64,000 nt of DNA from Gracilinanus agilis (GCF_016433145.1 NC_058132.1:669492293-669556292); one strand, 5' to 3'; positions 41,450 through 54,656 are shown, counted from the first letter of the stretch. Translations and numbers: made by a program. The notes: a model not told the origin generated them from the sequence alone.

Positions 41450-42550
41450 CTTAATGATTTTTAAAAGTTATTATATTTTGTCAAAAACTATTTTTATCTG
41501 TTGCCATGATGCTATATTTTAAAGTTAATACAGTCTGTTATGTTTATAATTTTCTTGACATTAAACCCACCCTGCATTCTTGGTATAAATCCATAATTAT
41601 CTTTTTGCTAACATTTTAATAAATATTTTTTCATCAGGATTAATGAGGAACATTAGTCTGCAGTTTTCTTTCTTTTTTGTTCCCTATTGGTTTAGTTATC
41701 AAGATCATATTTGTATTAAAGAATTGATAGTTTACTTTCTTTCTCATTTTGGCAAATAGTTTATGCAATGCTGAAATGTTCCTTGAATATTTCATAGAAT
41801 TCATTTGTATGTCCATCTATTCCTGGTTTTGTTTTGTTTTTCCAGAAGCTCATTTATGGCTTTTTCAGTTCAATTCAAGAATGAGTACTTCATCATCATT
41901 TAGCTCTTTCCAGTAGTTCATATGCGATTTATCTGCATGTGTTTCTTTTGAACCCTGTATTTGTATTTTAAAACTTCTATTTGGTTCTGGTCTTTTCATT
42001 AGAAATTCTTTAAAGTCCTTTATTTCATTAAAGATCCTCTTTTTCTTTTAGGATTATATTTAGCCTTGTAGAGGGCATTCTTAGTCATGAGTCTTTTGCT
42101 TTTTAGAATATTGTATTTTCTCTAAGACTTTTTTTTTCTCTTTATAATTGAAGCTCCCAGGTCTTTTGTGATGCTGACTATGATTCTTATATTTGAATTC
42201 TATCTGGCTGCTTGGAGGGCTCTTTCTTTGATGTGGAGGATTTGCCTTTCTATACATTTTCCAAATCAGTTATTTTAAAAAGTATATACCTTACATTTTT
42301 AAAGCTATTTTCCCCAATATTTTGATTTTGTTATCATACTTCTTTTGTCTCATAGAATCACTTATGGAGTCTATTACTTGAATCAGGTTTTTTCACTTTC
42401 TGTTATAAACTATTTCTTCCTCCAGTTCTTTCCTACAGAGTTCATGCGTCACTTTTAATTTTTTTAAACCTCTTGCTTTATTTCTCCCAGCTATTTTTCT
42501 CTTCTTTGTGACCAAACTATTTTTTCTTTGATGTTCTGCTTATAGAATTT
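41450..42550 (-). mobile_element. LINE-1 fragments (RT and ORF1 remnants)
   Basis: Minus strand encodes GFIPRMQGGFN at about 41560-41595. Confidence 0.65.
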
Positions 42551-42556
42551 GTAGAG

Positions 42557-42775
42557 CAGGGGTGTTAAACAGTGGTCCATGGGTTTTAAGGGGTTCATAG
42601 CACTCAAATGTGATCCAAATGAGATTAAAATATAATTGGGAAATATTTAACAAAATAAACAAAAATATAAGAAAAAATGGATAATGTTAACATGTGGTTT
42701 TCTAAGTCACTATGTGACTCACAGGGATCCTTATGTTCAGTTTAGTGGCCTCCATTTCCGAGTTTGACTTTACTG
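42557..42775. mobile_element. Old hAT-like MITE
   Basis: Degenerate TIRs CAGGGGTGTTAAAC / GTTTGACTTTACTG; flanks TTGTAGAG/CTGTAAAG (6/8). Confidence 0.5.
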
Positions 42776-42812
42776 CTGTAAAGTTGCTCTTTCCTGGCTT
42801 GTCTCTTAGGTG

Positions 42813-43480
42813 TGTGGAAAATTAATGCTGCATTGGAATAGTAATGAAAAGTCCTTTTCCCCCTTTACAACCCCTTTGGGATCAAGATGAAGCAGTTTGA
42901 TTTTAAAACTGAGTAAACAGTACCCTTCACCTCCATCCCAGCTATGTAATTGGGTTAGGGCTTCCTTTCTTTTGTCTTAGATCTTTTAAGGGCTGGGTAG
43001 ATATATGCTCCTTGTTTGTCTGTATTTGGGAACTAGGTAATGAATTTGGGAACTAGGTAGGCAGCTACCATGTTGGGAAGTGTACAGCTATTCAGCCATT
43101 CTGGGCTGCCACTTGGTGAGCCTCTTGGCATCCTTGGGACACTTCTCTTCCTGTGACAAAGGAATTCTAATCTCTGATCCTACTTCCTTTGGAGCCTGTT
43201 TCTGTTCTCTAATTAGAGACCTCTTGGGATGTCTTGGGGAGGAACTGGATGATGATGTCACAAAGGGTATATAAGGCATATGGGAGAAGTCGGCTTTTTG
43301 GGGCTCTACTCTTCTGTCCACACTCTTGCTTTCTTTTCTTCCCCAGCCTTGCTGCCTGGCTGTTCACCCTCATGTTTCTCTTTTTTGGGCTCTGCTTGAG
43401 TTTTTAGCATCTGTTCGGACTGTGGAGGGAGTCTACTGGCTAGTTAGAAATTTTGAGTGATCGTTAATAAACTAATATTT
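42813..43480 (+). mobile_element. Probable solo LTR, followed by a SINE1 (43481-43670, plus strand)
   Basis: Starts TGTGGAAAATT; TATATAA at 43268; AATAAA at 43466. The 3' terminus is not resolved. Confidence 0.5.
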
Positions 43481-44965
43481 CGGGGACATCTATTTAGTTC
43501 AGTAGATTGAGAGCCAGATCTAGAGATGGAAGGTCCTGGATTTAAATCTGGCCTCAGACACTTCCTTGCTGTGGGTTTCTGGACAAATCAATTAATCCCT
43601 GTTGCCTAACCCTTATTACTTTTCTGCCGTGGAACCGATACTTCATATTGATTCTGAGATGGAAGGCAAAGATTTTTGTTTATTTGAATATAATTGGTTT
43701 ATTTTGTCAATGAATCATTCAATTGATGAACTTTTAAGTGCCTACCATATTAACAGGCACTATATGTCATGTTCCAGGGATTTAAAAAGAGTCAAAAGAT
43801 AGTCTCTGACCTCAAAAAGCTTAAGGTAAAGGTTTTTTAAAAAAGAAAGGGGAGGTGCAATAAAAATGGTTGGTATAAAACATGTCCCCAAAGGTCTGAG
43901 GTTAGAGTTTTAAAAAAATATTTATTTCCTAAATAAAAAATACAGCCTCCAGAGAATTTCATTGGTTATAGGTGTATCTGGACCCATAATATTTCTTAAT
44001 AGTGTTTGGTACCTTCTGCTTACTCATACTTTTAGCCTTAGTTCCTGATTTAGCACATGGAGTTGGACCAGGCTCCATCCCTTCTTAAATGGGGGTTGGC
44101 CAAGCCAGGTTTGGTTCTGACTTTGTTTCCCTGGGTTCCTTCCACTGGCTTCTACTTTTTCTGTTATATTTGTGCTGAGTGTGCTTACAGTTGTCAAATG
44201 CCCATCAGAACTCTGCAGTTAGTTGTCCCAGGCCAGGGCATTGTATGGTCTTCTATCCCCTCATGGAGATTGTTGCTTGGGGATACCACTCTTTCCCATG
44301 AAATTACCCCAGTTCAGGCACTGCTATAGTCTCTTGTAGCTCTTTTCCCCAGAGGTTTCTCCAGTCAGGGTGCTGCCACTGGCTTTTGGCTTCTTTATCT
44401 TCATTTGTGCTAGATTCTCTGGAAACACACCTTTTGTGGCATCTACAAGCTTCTGGCTGTCTTGCCATGCAATCTTAGGCTGGATAGATAAAAGTGCTCA
44501 TTTGTGTTTCTCTTTGTAGTTCTTGGTCATTTTTTAATTTGGTGTTCTTTTTAGATCATATATGAAGCACAACTGGGAAGACCTTTCATATGACCAATTC
44601 AAGCAGAAGTCTGACATTTCTAACCTATATTTTTTCTTTTAATTCTTTACAAGCCTGACATCCTTAACCATTTACTAAATATGAGGGAGGTATTGTCCTA
44701 CATACCTGCCCTCAAGGAGCTCATAGTCTAGCAGGGGAGAGTTCACAAAGTGTTAGCAAGTATGGATCAAAGAAATCTTATCTATAGAAATTCCAATCTC
44801 AGAAGTCACCAATATAACTAGATTTTATAAAATGTATTTTTTAATCAAAATTTTAAAATCTCATAAAGAGAATGAGAATTCACTCTGATAAGGTATAGGT
44901 AACACACATGCATTAGACATGAGAAAAGAAAGAGGATCTTGAAATGCAAAGGGTGAAATACTTAC

Positions 44966-45092
44966 CTGACATGTTTCTTTATCAAATTTGTTTCCCCAGA
45001 TATAAATATGAGAAAGTGTGGTATTTGTTTTCATTGCTTCTGAGAAAGCAACAAGTCCTATTCCAGTTATGTGATTGCTCACTAGAGATAGT
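44966..45092 (-). CDS. LRRC34: LRRC34 coding exon 10
   Basis: 127 nt: LSLVSNHITGIGLVAFSEAMKTNTTLSHIYIWGNKFDKETCQ; tttag| and |GTAAGT. Confidence 0.95.
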
Positions 45093-45960
45093 CTAAAAAG
45101 AAAATTGGAAAATATTAGGTGCCTTAGAAATCCAAAGACACAAGAAGAGTTACAGATTCAAGGGTTATATATGAAATCTGTTGCCAAAACAGTTTGTTTA
45201 ATCTTAACAAAACCTTAGCAATAGTCTTTCAAAGTGTTTCATAGTTTGTACTTTATAATTATCCGTGATTATTTCCAAAAATGTAAGTACTTAAAATCAT
45301 CTACAATTGGATGCTTAAAAATACGATGCTTTCTAATTGAGCTATACTTTTGAGTCTAGATCTTTTGCTTTAATAACAACAAATAAGGTTTTTAACGCCT
45401 GACCTTTTTATTTGAGCATTATGATTGAAGGGTTATATATAGTTAAACGTTTTTTAGTATCCCTCAGTTGAAATGTAGCAGGGATGGATGAAGGGAAGGA
45501 GTACTAGAATCTAATTGAATGAATTAACACCAGACCTCCTGACTTTGAGAAATTCTGTGGGTCACTAACCCTCTGATAATGCAAATACCTTTTCCTCCAA
45601 TTTAGCTTAGCTATACTTCTATATAATACTAAAGACATTCCTGAGAAGTATTCTTAAGGGCAATAATTTTCTGGTTTAATACTTGAAGAGGATTTAGAAC
45701 TAGTATCAAATTGGGATAATTTATTATTTTTTTAGTATATCATATTCCCATATTAAGGTTCTGGATTAGAGACTTCAATGAGTCTGTTGACTTTGACATT
45801 TCCTTTGTTCTTAGGGACTCCCAGGAATGTTTTTTCCCAATAAAATCTGGTAGATAAAACTCTTCCTGCTAGGTACATGACTGCAACTCCCCCGCTGCCT
45901 CCCCATCACCTTTGGAGGTGGGGAAGGTTTGAAAGTCTTGATGGACAACTTTATTAACAA

Positions 45961-46161
45961 TTTTTTTAAACCCTCACCTTCTATCTTAGAATCAATACAA
46001 TGTATCAATTCCAAAGCAGAAGAGCAGTAAAGGCTAGGCAATGGGGGTTAAGTGACTTGTCCAGGATCACACAGGTAGGAAGTGTCTAAGGTCAGATTTG
46101 AACCCAGGACCTCTTGTCTCTAGGCCTGGCTCTCCATCCACTGAACCACCCACCTGCCCCC
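45961..46161 (-). mobile_element. SINE1_Mdo-type
   Basis: Typical body. Confidence 0.88.
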
Positions 46162-48149
46162 AACCTCATTATCTGTTCACCAATCGGAGAAGTCTTGGTC
46201 TATCCAAGGGAGGAACTGAATAATGAACTCACAAATTGTATTTATAGACCTTCATGAAGGAACTTCCATATCTTTGATTATCAAGAGGATCACTAACATT
46301 AATTTATTGGTTAAATGCTAGCTTAATCAACACATTTATAAAATGGCTGATGAAGGGACCTTGATTCTTTCTTTTCCTTACCAGAAAAATTTTTTTTTTA
46401 CTCTGGATTCAAGAAGAGGTTTTATTCCACATGGGAGTGATTGCTTTTCTGATAGGTAAAATGAGGTTTAGTGGAGGTGTCTCCTTATTCCCAACAATCA
46501 TATACTCTTTGGGTAAGATCCATGTTAAATGTGTAATTGGACATAGATAATCCTGGGTGACTGACCTATTTTTATATTGTTAAAAATATATTGCGAGAAG
46601 GAGAGTACATTCATGAAGTATGGAACATTTGGGAAAGAAACAGGTTCCCCAAAGTTAATAGGAGTTTTGTTTTTTTTTTTGAGTGTGGTTTGCTCTTGGA
46701 GGCTTCTGGCCTTTCAAGAAAGATTTCCTTTTGGGGAAGCGATCCTTTCAAGGCTTTTTTAGAGGAAGATCCTTCCAGAGAGAGGGAGGCCATTCTTCCA
46801 GAAGCTTAAATAAAAACTTCAGGAATAGGCTTCAGGTTTGAGGCACAATCTTGAACTTCCTTACCCTCTCACTGTTACCTGAGGGCAAAAATTTGTGTTT
46901 AACATTTTACAAATTAAGGTTTAGCTGAATTCTAAAACTAACAATTCTGGTTTTGACAGACTTCTCTTCCTCAGGTAAATTAGTGACAAATTGTTGCCTT
47001 AGTGGAAATCTATCTAGGAAGTCCCTACCGCACTATACTCTGGATACAGAAAATCAAGATTAACCGTCTCCTCAGTCATTTTAGCTGTCAAGTCACAATA
47101 ACCTGACCAATAGCCTTCCAGAAACATTCCCTAGGGATATTGCCTCTGACGGCTAGAATCCTTCTCTCCAATCTCTATTTCTGAGTATAAAAGAAGAGGC
47201 AGATGTAAAAAGGGGAGGAATAGGCCTGAAAAACAGGTAATATTAAGTGGAATTTTGGTTCATGTGAGAAGGACATTTACCCATTTTGGGTAAGTCACTG
47301 TCGCAAGATTTATGACCAGAATGGGTTAGGCTTCCCAGGTATAGGAAGAATTTATAAGTGGTAATGATTAAACAGCATGCAATTGCATTATGTGATATAT
47401 AACATAGATCTGTAATAACTTCAGCTGAGAATGTTTTAATTTGGTTATTTTTGCAAATTGAAAAAGTTAAAGCTAGCAACAATGGGATGGCAAAAGAAAT
47501 TAACACCAGTCCTTGAAACATTCTATTGTGCTCTCTTTGTGTCTGTCTTGTTTTTGTTTGTAAAATCTTTGTTTTGTTTCCAGCCAGAAAAGCTCTATAA
47601 AAGCTGCAGACAGAGTTTTAGTATGTTGAAAAAGTTTGATGAAGTTTTATACTTGAAGAGGAGTATGTCTCAGCAAATAGGACTATTTTAGAGTTCCAGC
47701 AGGAAAGATTAATAAAAAGGTGGTTCCTTCCTCTTCCCCACCCCAACTATAGCTAAACTGTTGCATCTGTGTCTTGCCTTCTCTAACAGATTGGGAGAGG
47801 AAGACTTCCCAAGTTATCTGCCTTATATGTGTTCTCCTATCTTTGCTTTCTGCTAATTAAGACTGGCAGGGGCATCCAGACCTTGGTTTTTCCTGTGATC
47901 TGATCAACCTAGAGCAAAATAAAGGTTAATTTTTAAAATACTGCTTTTCAAAGCCAGGAGCAGACTGGAATATCTTTTCATAATTTATGAGGGGCAGGGG
48001 CAGGCATCTTTGTATTCAAATGCGATATAACAAACTTTTGGATAAAGGGGAAAATCAAAAGTAAAGTAATAATAATTGTAAAGTAGTACTGAAAAATTAA
48101 AACCTAAAATGGCCATGAATATTAGAATCCCATTAATGATCTTCTATAA

Positions 48150-48342
48150 CAGTGATTCCCAAAGTGGGCGCCACCGCCCCCTGGTGGGTGCTGCAGCGAT
48201 CCAGGGGAGCAGTGATGGCCACAGGTGCATTTATCTTTCCTATTAATTGTTATTAAAATTTAAAAAATAATAATTTCCAGGGGGCTAAGTAATATTTTTT
48301 CTAGAAAGGGGGCGGTAGACCAAAAAAGTTTGGGAACCACTG
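48150..48342. mobile_element. 193-bp hAT (Charlie-type) MITE, second family
   Basis: TIRs CAGTGATTCCCAAAGT / AGTTTGGGAACCACTG; 8-bp flanks TTCTATAA/GTCTATAG. Confidence 0.82.
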
Positions 48343-48407
48343 GTCTATAGGTAACAGGCTTTGCTGAAATTGAATGAACCGTAACAAATTTAAAAATCCA
48401 TACTAAC

Positions 48408-48563
48408 ACTTTCAGACTTGTGTTGTAAAATGCCAGGGCTTCACACACATACATAGAACCCTCATCTTCGATTCTGTTATAAGAAAGATCTATTACTTCC
48501 AATACATTATTCCTTTTTAATAGCTCTCCCAAAAATTTCATTGCATCACGAGTTATTCTGTTG
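48408..48563 (-). CDS. LRRC34: LRRC34 coding exon 9
   Basis: 156 nt: NRITRDAMKFLGELLKRNNVLEVIDLSYNRIEDEGSMYVCEALAFYNTSLK; cctag| and |GTTAGT. Confidence 0.95.
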
Positions 48564-49086
48564 CTAGGATAGGAAAAAAAAATGCATTGTTTTTGAAACC
48601 GTGTGATCACGATGCTTCTTATTCAATAGGTAGAAAATATGTGTACAAAAAGGGCACTTACCTAATATGTAGCAGTGAACATTATTAGATGAATGAATGC
48701 TTTTCATCAATTGATTTCCAAGAAAGCTGCTTAAAACTAGACTTTTAAAATGTTTGCATCCCAATTTCTAGAGCTTGTAAGAAGCCATTACATAATCTTA
48801 TTTAACAGCAAAAATTTCCCATGTAATGTCAGGAACATATGTTGAATTTATATGTTGAAATTATGCTTCTGATACCTCACCAAAATGAAGGAATGCCTAA
48901 ACTTTGTGACACAGTCTAAAGTGACATACAAAAGACTATGGAATTTTCTAGGCATTTTAAAAAAAGAGAAATTACTGCCAAATTGTTCCAGGTATTACTT
49001 TTAACATTCTGTTCTGCATGGAATTTTTACAACAGGAGCATACGTGAGTAAACGGTTTCTGATTGTATGGCTAAGTCTGCTCTTAC

Positions 49087-49241
49087 CAGGTGACATCCAG
49101 GTAACGTAGAGCAGTATTTTCATAAAGGGCTTCACACAACTGTTGCATGCCAAAATTTTTAATATCATGCTTAGACACGTGTAGTTCAATAAGAGTTGAG
49201 TTTCTTTGCAACATGTGGCTTATATGCACTATTGACTCCTC
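49087..49241 (-). CDS. LRRC34: LRRC34 coding exon 8
   Basis: 155 nt: EESIVHISHMLQRNSTLIELHVSKHDIKNFGMQQLCEALYENTALRYLDVT; tttag| and |GTAAGA. Confidence 0.95.
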
Positions 49242-50198
49242 CTAAAAAGAGACTTGGCTTTATTTATATTTTCCATCCAACACAAAAGCTATCAATGGCT
49301 AAATATTAATTTGTCCTATTCTAGAGTATTTTCTAAACACAGACTAAGTCATTTTCATTCAACAAACATTGATTAAGCTCCTTTTCCATACTGATATTGA
49401 ATAGTTTTCATCCATGCCCTCTCCCCCATTGGACTGTGAGCTTTTTGAGGGCTGGCATGCTTAATGGAAAGTCAGCTCCACCTGTGCCCACGTGCTCAAA
49501 GTACCAGGAACTATCACTAGAAATCCTGTGCTCAAACAGCTGGCCCAATTCCAGGTCCTCTTGAGGTGGGTGAAATCAGGATAACAAAAGAGGACAGCAC
49601 ACTTTGACTGACTTGGGAGAAACGGGGGCTTAATGGCTGTGTTACCTAAACAAGTTACTGAACCTCAGTTTCTTCATCTGCAAAATGAGAGTAAATACTT
49701 CTGTTATCTAGAAAGTCAGAGAAGGTTGTTGTGATTTATGTTCCTCTGGCAAGTCCGGTCAGCTGGCATTTATTAAAGCTCTTCTTTTGTGCCTGGCACT
49801 AGCGGAACATAAGGGAGATGTTTTTATTATTGACATTCAGTTCACAAAGGATCATAGGAAGACCCAAGGAAGACCAAGATGAAGTACGGTTTTGGTGACC
49901 CTCTGACAGCTTTAATGGGCATCGTGGCATTAGGACCCACCTTCTAGGGAGTTAAGGAAGTGAAGATGTGCAAACAGGAAGCCAGGATAAATATTTCAGA
50001 TGTGTTTCTAGCAGTCCAGCAGGAGTGGTCATTTCCTAATCTCACCTCTCCCTCAGAGAGCTTGAGTTCTCCAGAGCTGTAATACTGCTCTTAGAAGCAG
50101 GTGTTTTCTGTGTCCTTCATCGATCACATTTCTACCTCTCAGCTAAACTGCTTGAGAAATAGAGATGGTTCTTAAATTAAGAAGCAAAGAAACCTGTC

Positions 50199-50398
50199 TT
50201 TTTTTTTTTTTTTTAAACCCTCACCTTCCATTTTAGAATCACTACTGTGTATTGGTTCCAAGGCAGAAGAGAGGTAAGGGCTAGGCAATGGCCCTTAAGT
50301 GACTTGCTCAGGGTTCCACAGCTAGGAAGTTTTCTCAGGTCAGATTTGAACCCAGGACCTCCTACCTGGTTCTCAAAACACTGAGCCACCCAGCTGCC
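50199..50398 (-). mobile_element. SINE1_Mdo-type
   Basis: Long T-tail; flanks share CTGTCTT. Confidence 0.88.
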
Positions 50399-50860
50399 TC
50401 TGTCTTCTGGTGGTGACGAAGTCTTCTCTGAGAAGAGCTCTTCAGTAGTGGGAAGGGAACCAGAAGTGGGGTCTAGAGATCTGGGCTCAAATCTCTGCTC
50501 TGATGTTACTGCTCTAAGACATGGAGCAATTACTAAGCTGTTCTGAGTCTGCTCCTCATCTGTAAAATGGAGATGATAGTCCTTGCAATATGTAACCTCG
50601 CAAGGGTGTTGGAGGGAAACATTTGCCTACCTTAAAGCGCTACAGAATTGGGATGGGCTGTTTTTGTTTTTAAATTATAGCCAGGATTGATGTAGGATAT
50701 TTGTTTTAAACAAAATGATTTTTCTTTGTAGCCTGGAGTTCACAGAAGATAGTTTGTACCTTGTCCTAAAAGTTTTTCAAGCTGTTTATGAAATTAAAAA
50801 AAGCTTCACACATTTTATTTGCACAACATTATTTTAAAGAACCGCTTTACAGGTTCTTAC

Positions 50861-50956
50861 CTGTTCAGTCTTAAGAATAGGGCGGTTTAAGTTTAATCCT
50901 CTAATTGAGTCATTTTTGGTTAGTACAGTTGCCATTGCTATCAAACTCTGCATCCC
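50861..50956 (-). CDS. LRRC34: LRRC34 coding exon 7
   Basis: 96 nt: GMQSLIAMATVLTKNDSIRGLNLNRPILKTEQ; ttcag| and |GTAAGA. Confidence 0.95.
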
Positions 50957-51688
50957 CTGAAAAGAAGTGAATTCTTATTGAATTACAGAGCAAAGACACG
51001 ATTTTTAAAATTATGTAACTTAAGGAGAATAAAAACCTGATGCTTAAGGAAACGAATGTATCTAGGTCAAGGTGACGGCACCTCCAGGCCAGCCAATGGC
51101 CAGCCTGTTTCAGGCTTAGCTCACTATAGGCAGGACATTTCTAGGTTCTGGGAGGCTGACTCTTCTAAGTCCTCTCAGATTCAGATCTGCTGAAGCTGGA
51201 AAATGCAGGTAGAGCAGGATAACTGGGATGTCCCTGGATCCTCCTTTAATGCTCATCGCAGAATGAATCCTATCACAAGGGTGACCCCAGAACTGCCTTA
51301 CCTTCCAATGGACATGGGGGATTCTCCTGGAACTGCTTTTACCTAGAGTTTTCCAGACTCATGCTGACCTGGACTCCTGAAACTGAGTCACAACTAGCAA
51401 CCACAGCCCAGGGGACCAGAGAATGAGGAGTTAAGTAAAGGCCAAGAAAGAGGGAGAGAGGCAGGGGGATGACTCAGACCTTTAGGTACTCTGAATGCAT
51501 TCCTTTCTGGTGAGCTTTCAGGGAACTACATAAAACTGTAATGAGTAGTCAGTCGTCTCCTGAAAAATGTTGAGTTGGCAAAGTTATTTTTTAAAGCTTT
51601 TTTATTCTTTGAGCTATTTCCCACTAATCCACATGCCAGAATGTGGCTGCAATGTATTCTTTTAAAAAATTATTCTTATTTTACTCAC

Positions 51689-51817
51689 CAGATCACAGTC
51701 TCCCAAATCTAACTTCTCTAATGTTGAATTAATTTGAAGCATTGTGGCAAAAGACATTCCACCTCTATTTTCAATCTTGTTCCCAGTCATTCTTAGATAT
51801 TTGAGAGTCTGATTTCT
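51689..51817 (-). CDS. LRRC34: LRRC34 coding exon 6
   Basis: 129 nt: RNQTLKYLRMTGNKIENRGGMSFATMLQINSTLEKLDLGDCDL; cttag| and |GTGAGT. Confidence 0.96.
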
Positions 51818-52802
51818 CTAAGCAGGAAAAATTTCAAAAGTTAAACTATTTAAGTTTTTTAAGTTATGGAATTCCCCTGAAAGGACTTGGCTTGAGATCG
51901 AGAATCCCAAGAATCATTAATATTAAACAATTTGCAAACTCAGAGCTTATTTAGCTAATAATTTATACTCGTCAGACTTGTGAAATGGTCTTGGGTAAAT
52001 CACTTCTCTTTCTCTGGCCTTAGGTTCACAGGCTAGTAAATTTAGAATTGGCAAGTCCAATTTCCTTTCACAGAAGAGAGAATTAAGACCAATTGCCGAG
52101 AATCATATGACCATGAATGTCTGAGGCACAATTTGAACCCAGGCTTTCCTGATTCTGAATTGACGGCCCTAGCCACTTTACCACCTGTAAGGTGAGAAGT
52201 TGGACTAGATCCTTTCTAAGGCTCTAAGTAGTCACCACCAAACCTGGAAGTAGATCAGAAAACCTGAATGCCATTGTGGTCATTTCTATGGTCAGAATTT
52301 AGGAAAACTCTCCCCATTTAAATATTTTTTTCCCTGACTTTGAAAAATTCTATATGGTTTATTTATTTTATTCTTTCCATAAATATTTTGCAAGGCTATC
52401 TCCAGACGCTTCATAGTTTTGACAAGTACATTCTTAAAAGTGCTGTGCTGGCCTTGGAAACAAGAAGACCTTGTTCAAGTCCCACCATTGACACAGACTG
52501 GCTTTGTGATCCAGAGCAAGTACTTTAATCTCTCAGTGTCCCAGACCACCTTCCACGATTAGAAATTGCAGAGATGCTAATTATGTCTATAAAATCAACA
52601 GTCCAGTCTTACTCTACCTGCTCCCCTCCATCTCCCATACACCTTAAGGTGTATAAAAGTAGTTTAAAATGCCTAAGGAATCTGCAAGGCTTAACGAACT
52701 AAATAATCTCTGTGATTCCCTGAGATACATATACAAAATACAGATTTGCCCACAATCAAAGAGAGACAGCTGTCTTTGCTTTGTTCAGAGGCAGATACTT
52801 AC

Positions 52803-52886
52803 ATGGAGGGCTTTGGCTATTATTTCTCCCCCCTCAGTCGTAATGTCATTAAACATAAGATTTAGGTAGATGACTGTTGGGTTTTC
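52803..52886 (-). CDS. LRRC34: LRRC34 coding exon 5
   Basis: 84 nt: ENPTVIYLNLMFNDITTEGGEIIAKALH; tacag| and |GTAAGT. Confidence 0.95.
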
Positions 52887-53655
52887 CTGTAATAAGGAGG
52901 AAAAAGGAGTTGTCACTGCTGTTGTTTTTGGAGTTCACTAGGGTAAATCTTTTATTTGTCTAACTTGAAATTTTTATCTTTTCCAGATTACATGTTGATA
53001 CAATTTTCAATAATCGTTTTCTAGTATTTTGCAATTCATGGTCTCTCTCTCCCTTCCACCCCTCCTCCCTCCATCCCCCAAGATAGCTTGGAATATGATA
53101 TGTTATCCGATACATATTTCCACGCTATGAAAGAAGACACATCACACGAGAAAAATTCACAGAGGAAATAAAGTGAAAAATGGCATGTTTCAATCTGTGG
53201 AATGTATGTTTTTCGTAGGGAGGTTCATTTACTTGATTTTTTAAGGAGTTTTCTCCAGTAAAGTCTTGACAACCAAAAAAGAAGCAGCTGGCACAGTGCC
53301 CAGTTGAATTCCACGAAAAACCCCTGTTTAAACCCAATACGCTAAACATAATCCCAGCTACCATTTGAAAGAGGAAGACTACACTTGTAGTTTGAATGGT
53401 GATTTTGCCATTCGTGTGATGTTTTGTTGTTACCATGATAAGCTTGTAGTGGGTAATTCTGATATTCTCACTGCAACCTGTGTTCTCCGAGTCCAGATCC
53501 ACTCAAAAAGTATCAAAATGTGATCTGAGATTGAAGACCTGGCCCTAAAGGACAAGATTCCTGGAATTCTGGAGAAACAGTGTAATCTATAACGGCTAAG
53601 TGGTAGGTATTATTGTAAAGAAAACTAACATTTTAGGAGTAAAAATAATGCAAAC

Positions 53656-53720
53656 CTCAATTAGCTGTGCAGCATGAATCGCTCCAAAATCACTTATCAG
53701 GTTATATCTAACATCCAAAC
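53656..53720 (-). CDS. LRRC34: LRRC34 coding exon 4
   Basis: 65 nt: GLDVRYNLISDFGAIHAAQLIE; cttag| and |GTTTGC. Confidence 0.92.
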
Positions 53721-53805
53721 CTAAGGGGCACAAATTAATAGATGGCTGACTACCTTGATAATGTTAAATTCTGAAGGCACTAAGACATTAAGTTAAAACT
53801 AATAC

Positions 53806-53927
53806 CTGTAATAGTTCTATGTATTTTTACGAGATAGGTAATAATTTCAAAATCATCATCGGTGAGTCTCTGCATGGGTATTGCACGATTATTGCCAGCT
53901 AGTTTTAATGTGATTCCATTTTGAAAT
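53806..53927 (-). CDS. LRRC34: LRRC34 coding exon 3
   Basis: FQNGITLKLAGNNRAIPMQRLTDDDFEIITYLVKIHRTIT; ctcag| and |GTATTA. Confidence 0.93.
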
Positions 53928-54057
53928 CTGAGTAATAGAGAATATTTTAAAACACAAGGAAGAAGCTCAGTGAAGAAATCAAAATAGTTTTTATTCGCGC
54001 ACAAAGACAAGTGTAAGAGTCTCATCAAGGGTAGCATTTGGGGGCAAGTGTCTAGAG

Positions 54058-54263
54058 CAGGGGTCGGCAACCTTTTTGGCCGTGAGAGCCATAAACGCCA
54101 CATTTTCTAAAATGTAATTTCGTGAGAGCCATACAGTGCTCACAGTGCCGCTCTTGTGACAGCGCCTGAAAAAAAATTGACTTTATGGCTCCTGCAGAAA
54201 GAGCCATATCTGGCCCTCAAAAGAGCCAGATATGGCTCAAGAGCCATACGTTGCCGACCCCTG
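54058..54263 (+). mobile_element. 206-bp hAT MITE, copy B
   Basis: Perfect 14-bp TIR CAGGGGTCGGCAAC; TSD GTCTAGAG/ATCTAGAG fits the Charlie NTCTAGAN target. Confidence 0.93.
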
Positions 54264-54656
54264 ATCTAGAGCAAGGCCCTAATCTTGCAGGGTAAAATAA
54301 GACTTAAAATAAAAGCAGTGATAGCAAACATCTGTAGGGCACATCTCAGTTTTCAAAACATTATTACATGCATTTTCTCATTTGTCCTTTATGAGGCAAG
54401 GTGCTAGAATTCTTAGTCTTCAGATGGAGAAACTGAATTAAAACACTTAAAGGTCTTACTCAAGGTCAGAAACACAGTGATGAGTTAGGGTCTAGACTCC
54501 AAGTTCTAGGATTTCTAAGCCAATGTACCTTGCCTCCAAAATTTAAAATTCACTAATTTATACCCCAGAGTTGTGTGTACTTTCCGATGGATTTTTAAAT
54601 GGCAATAGATGGGGATGACTTTCAGAGAATACAGATACAATGTAGTATTTTCTTAC

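Noticed and set aside
46165-47970. Possible LTR/ERV-derived block in LRRC34 intron 9
   Set aside because: It has TATA-like and AATAAA motifs, but I could not define TG..CA termini, a TSD or coding motifs.
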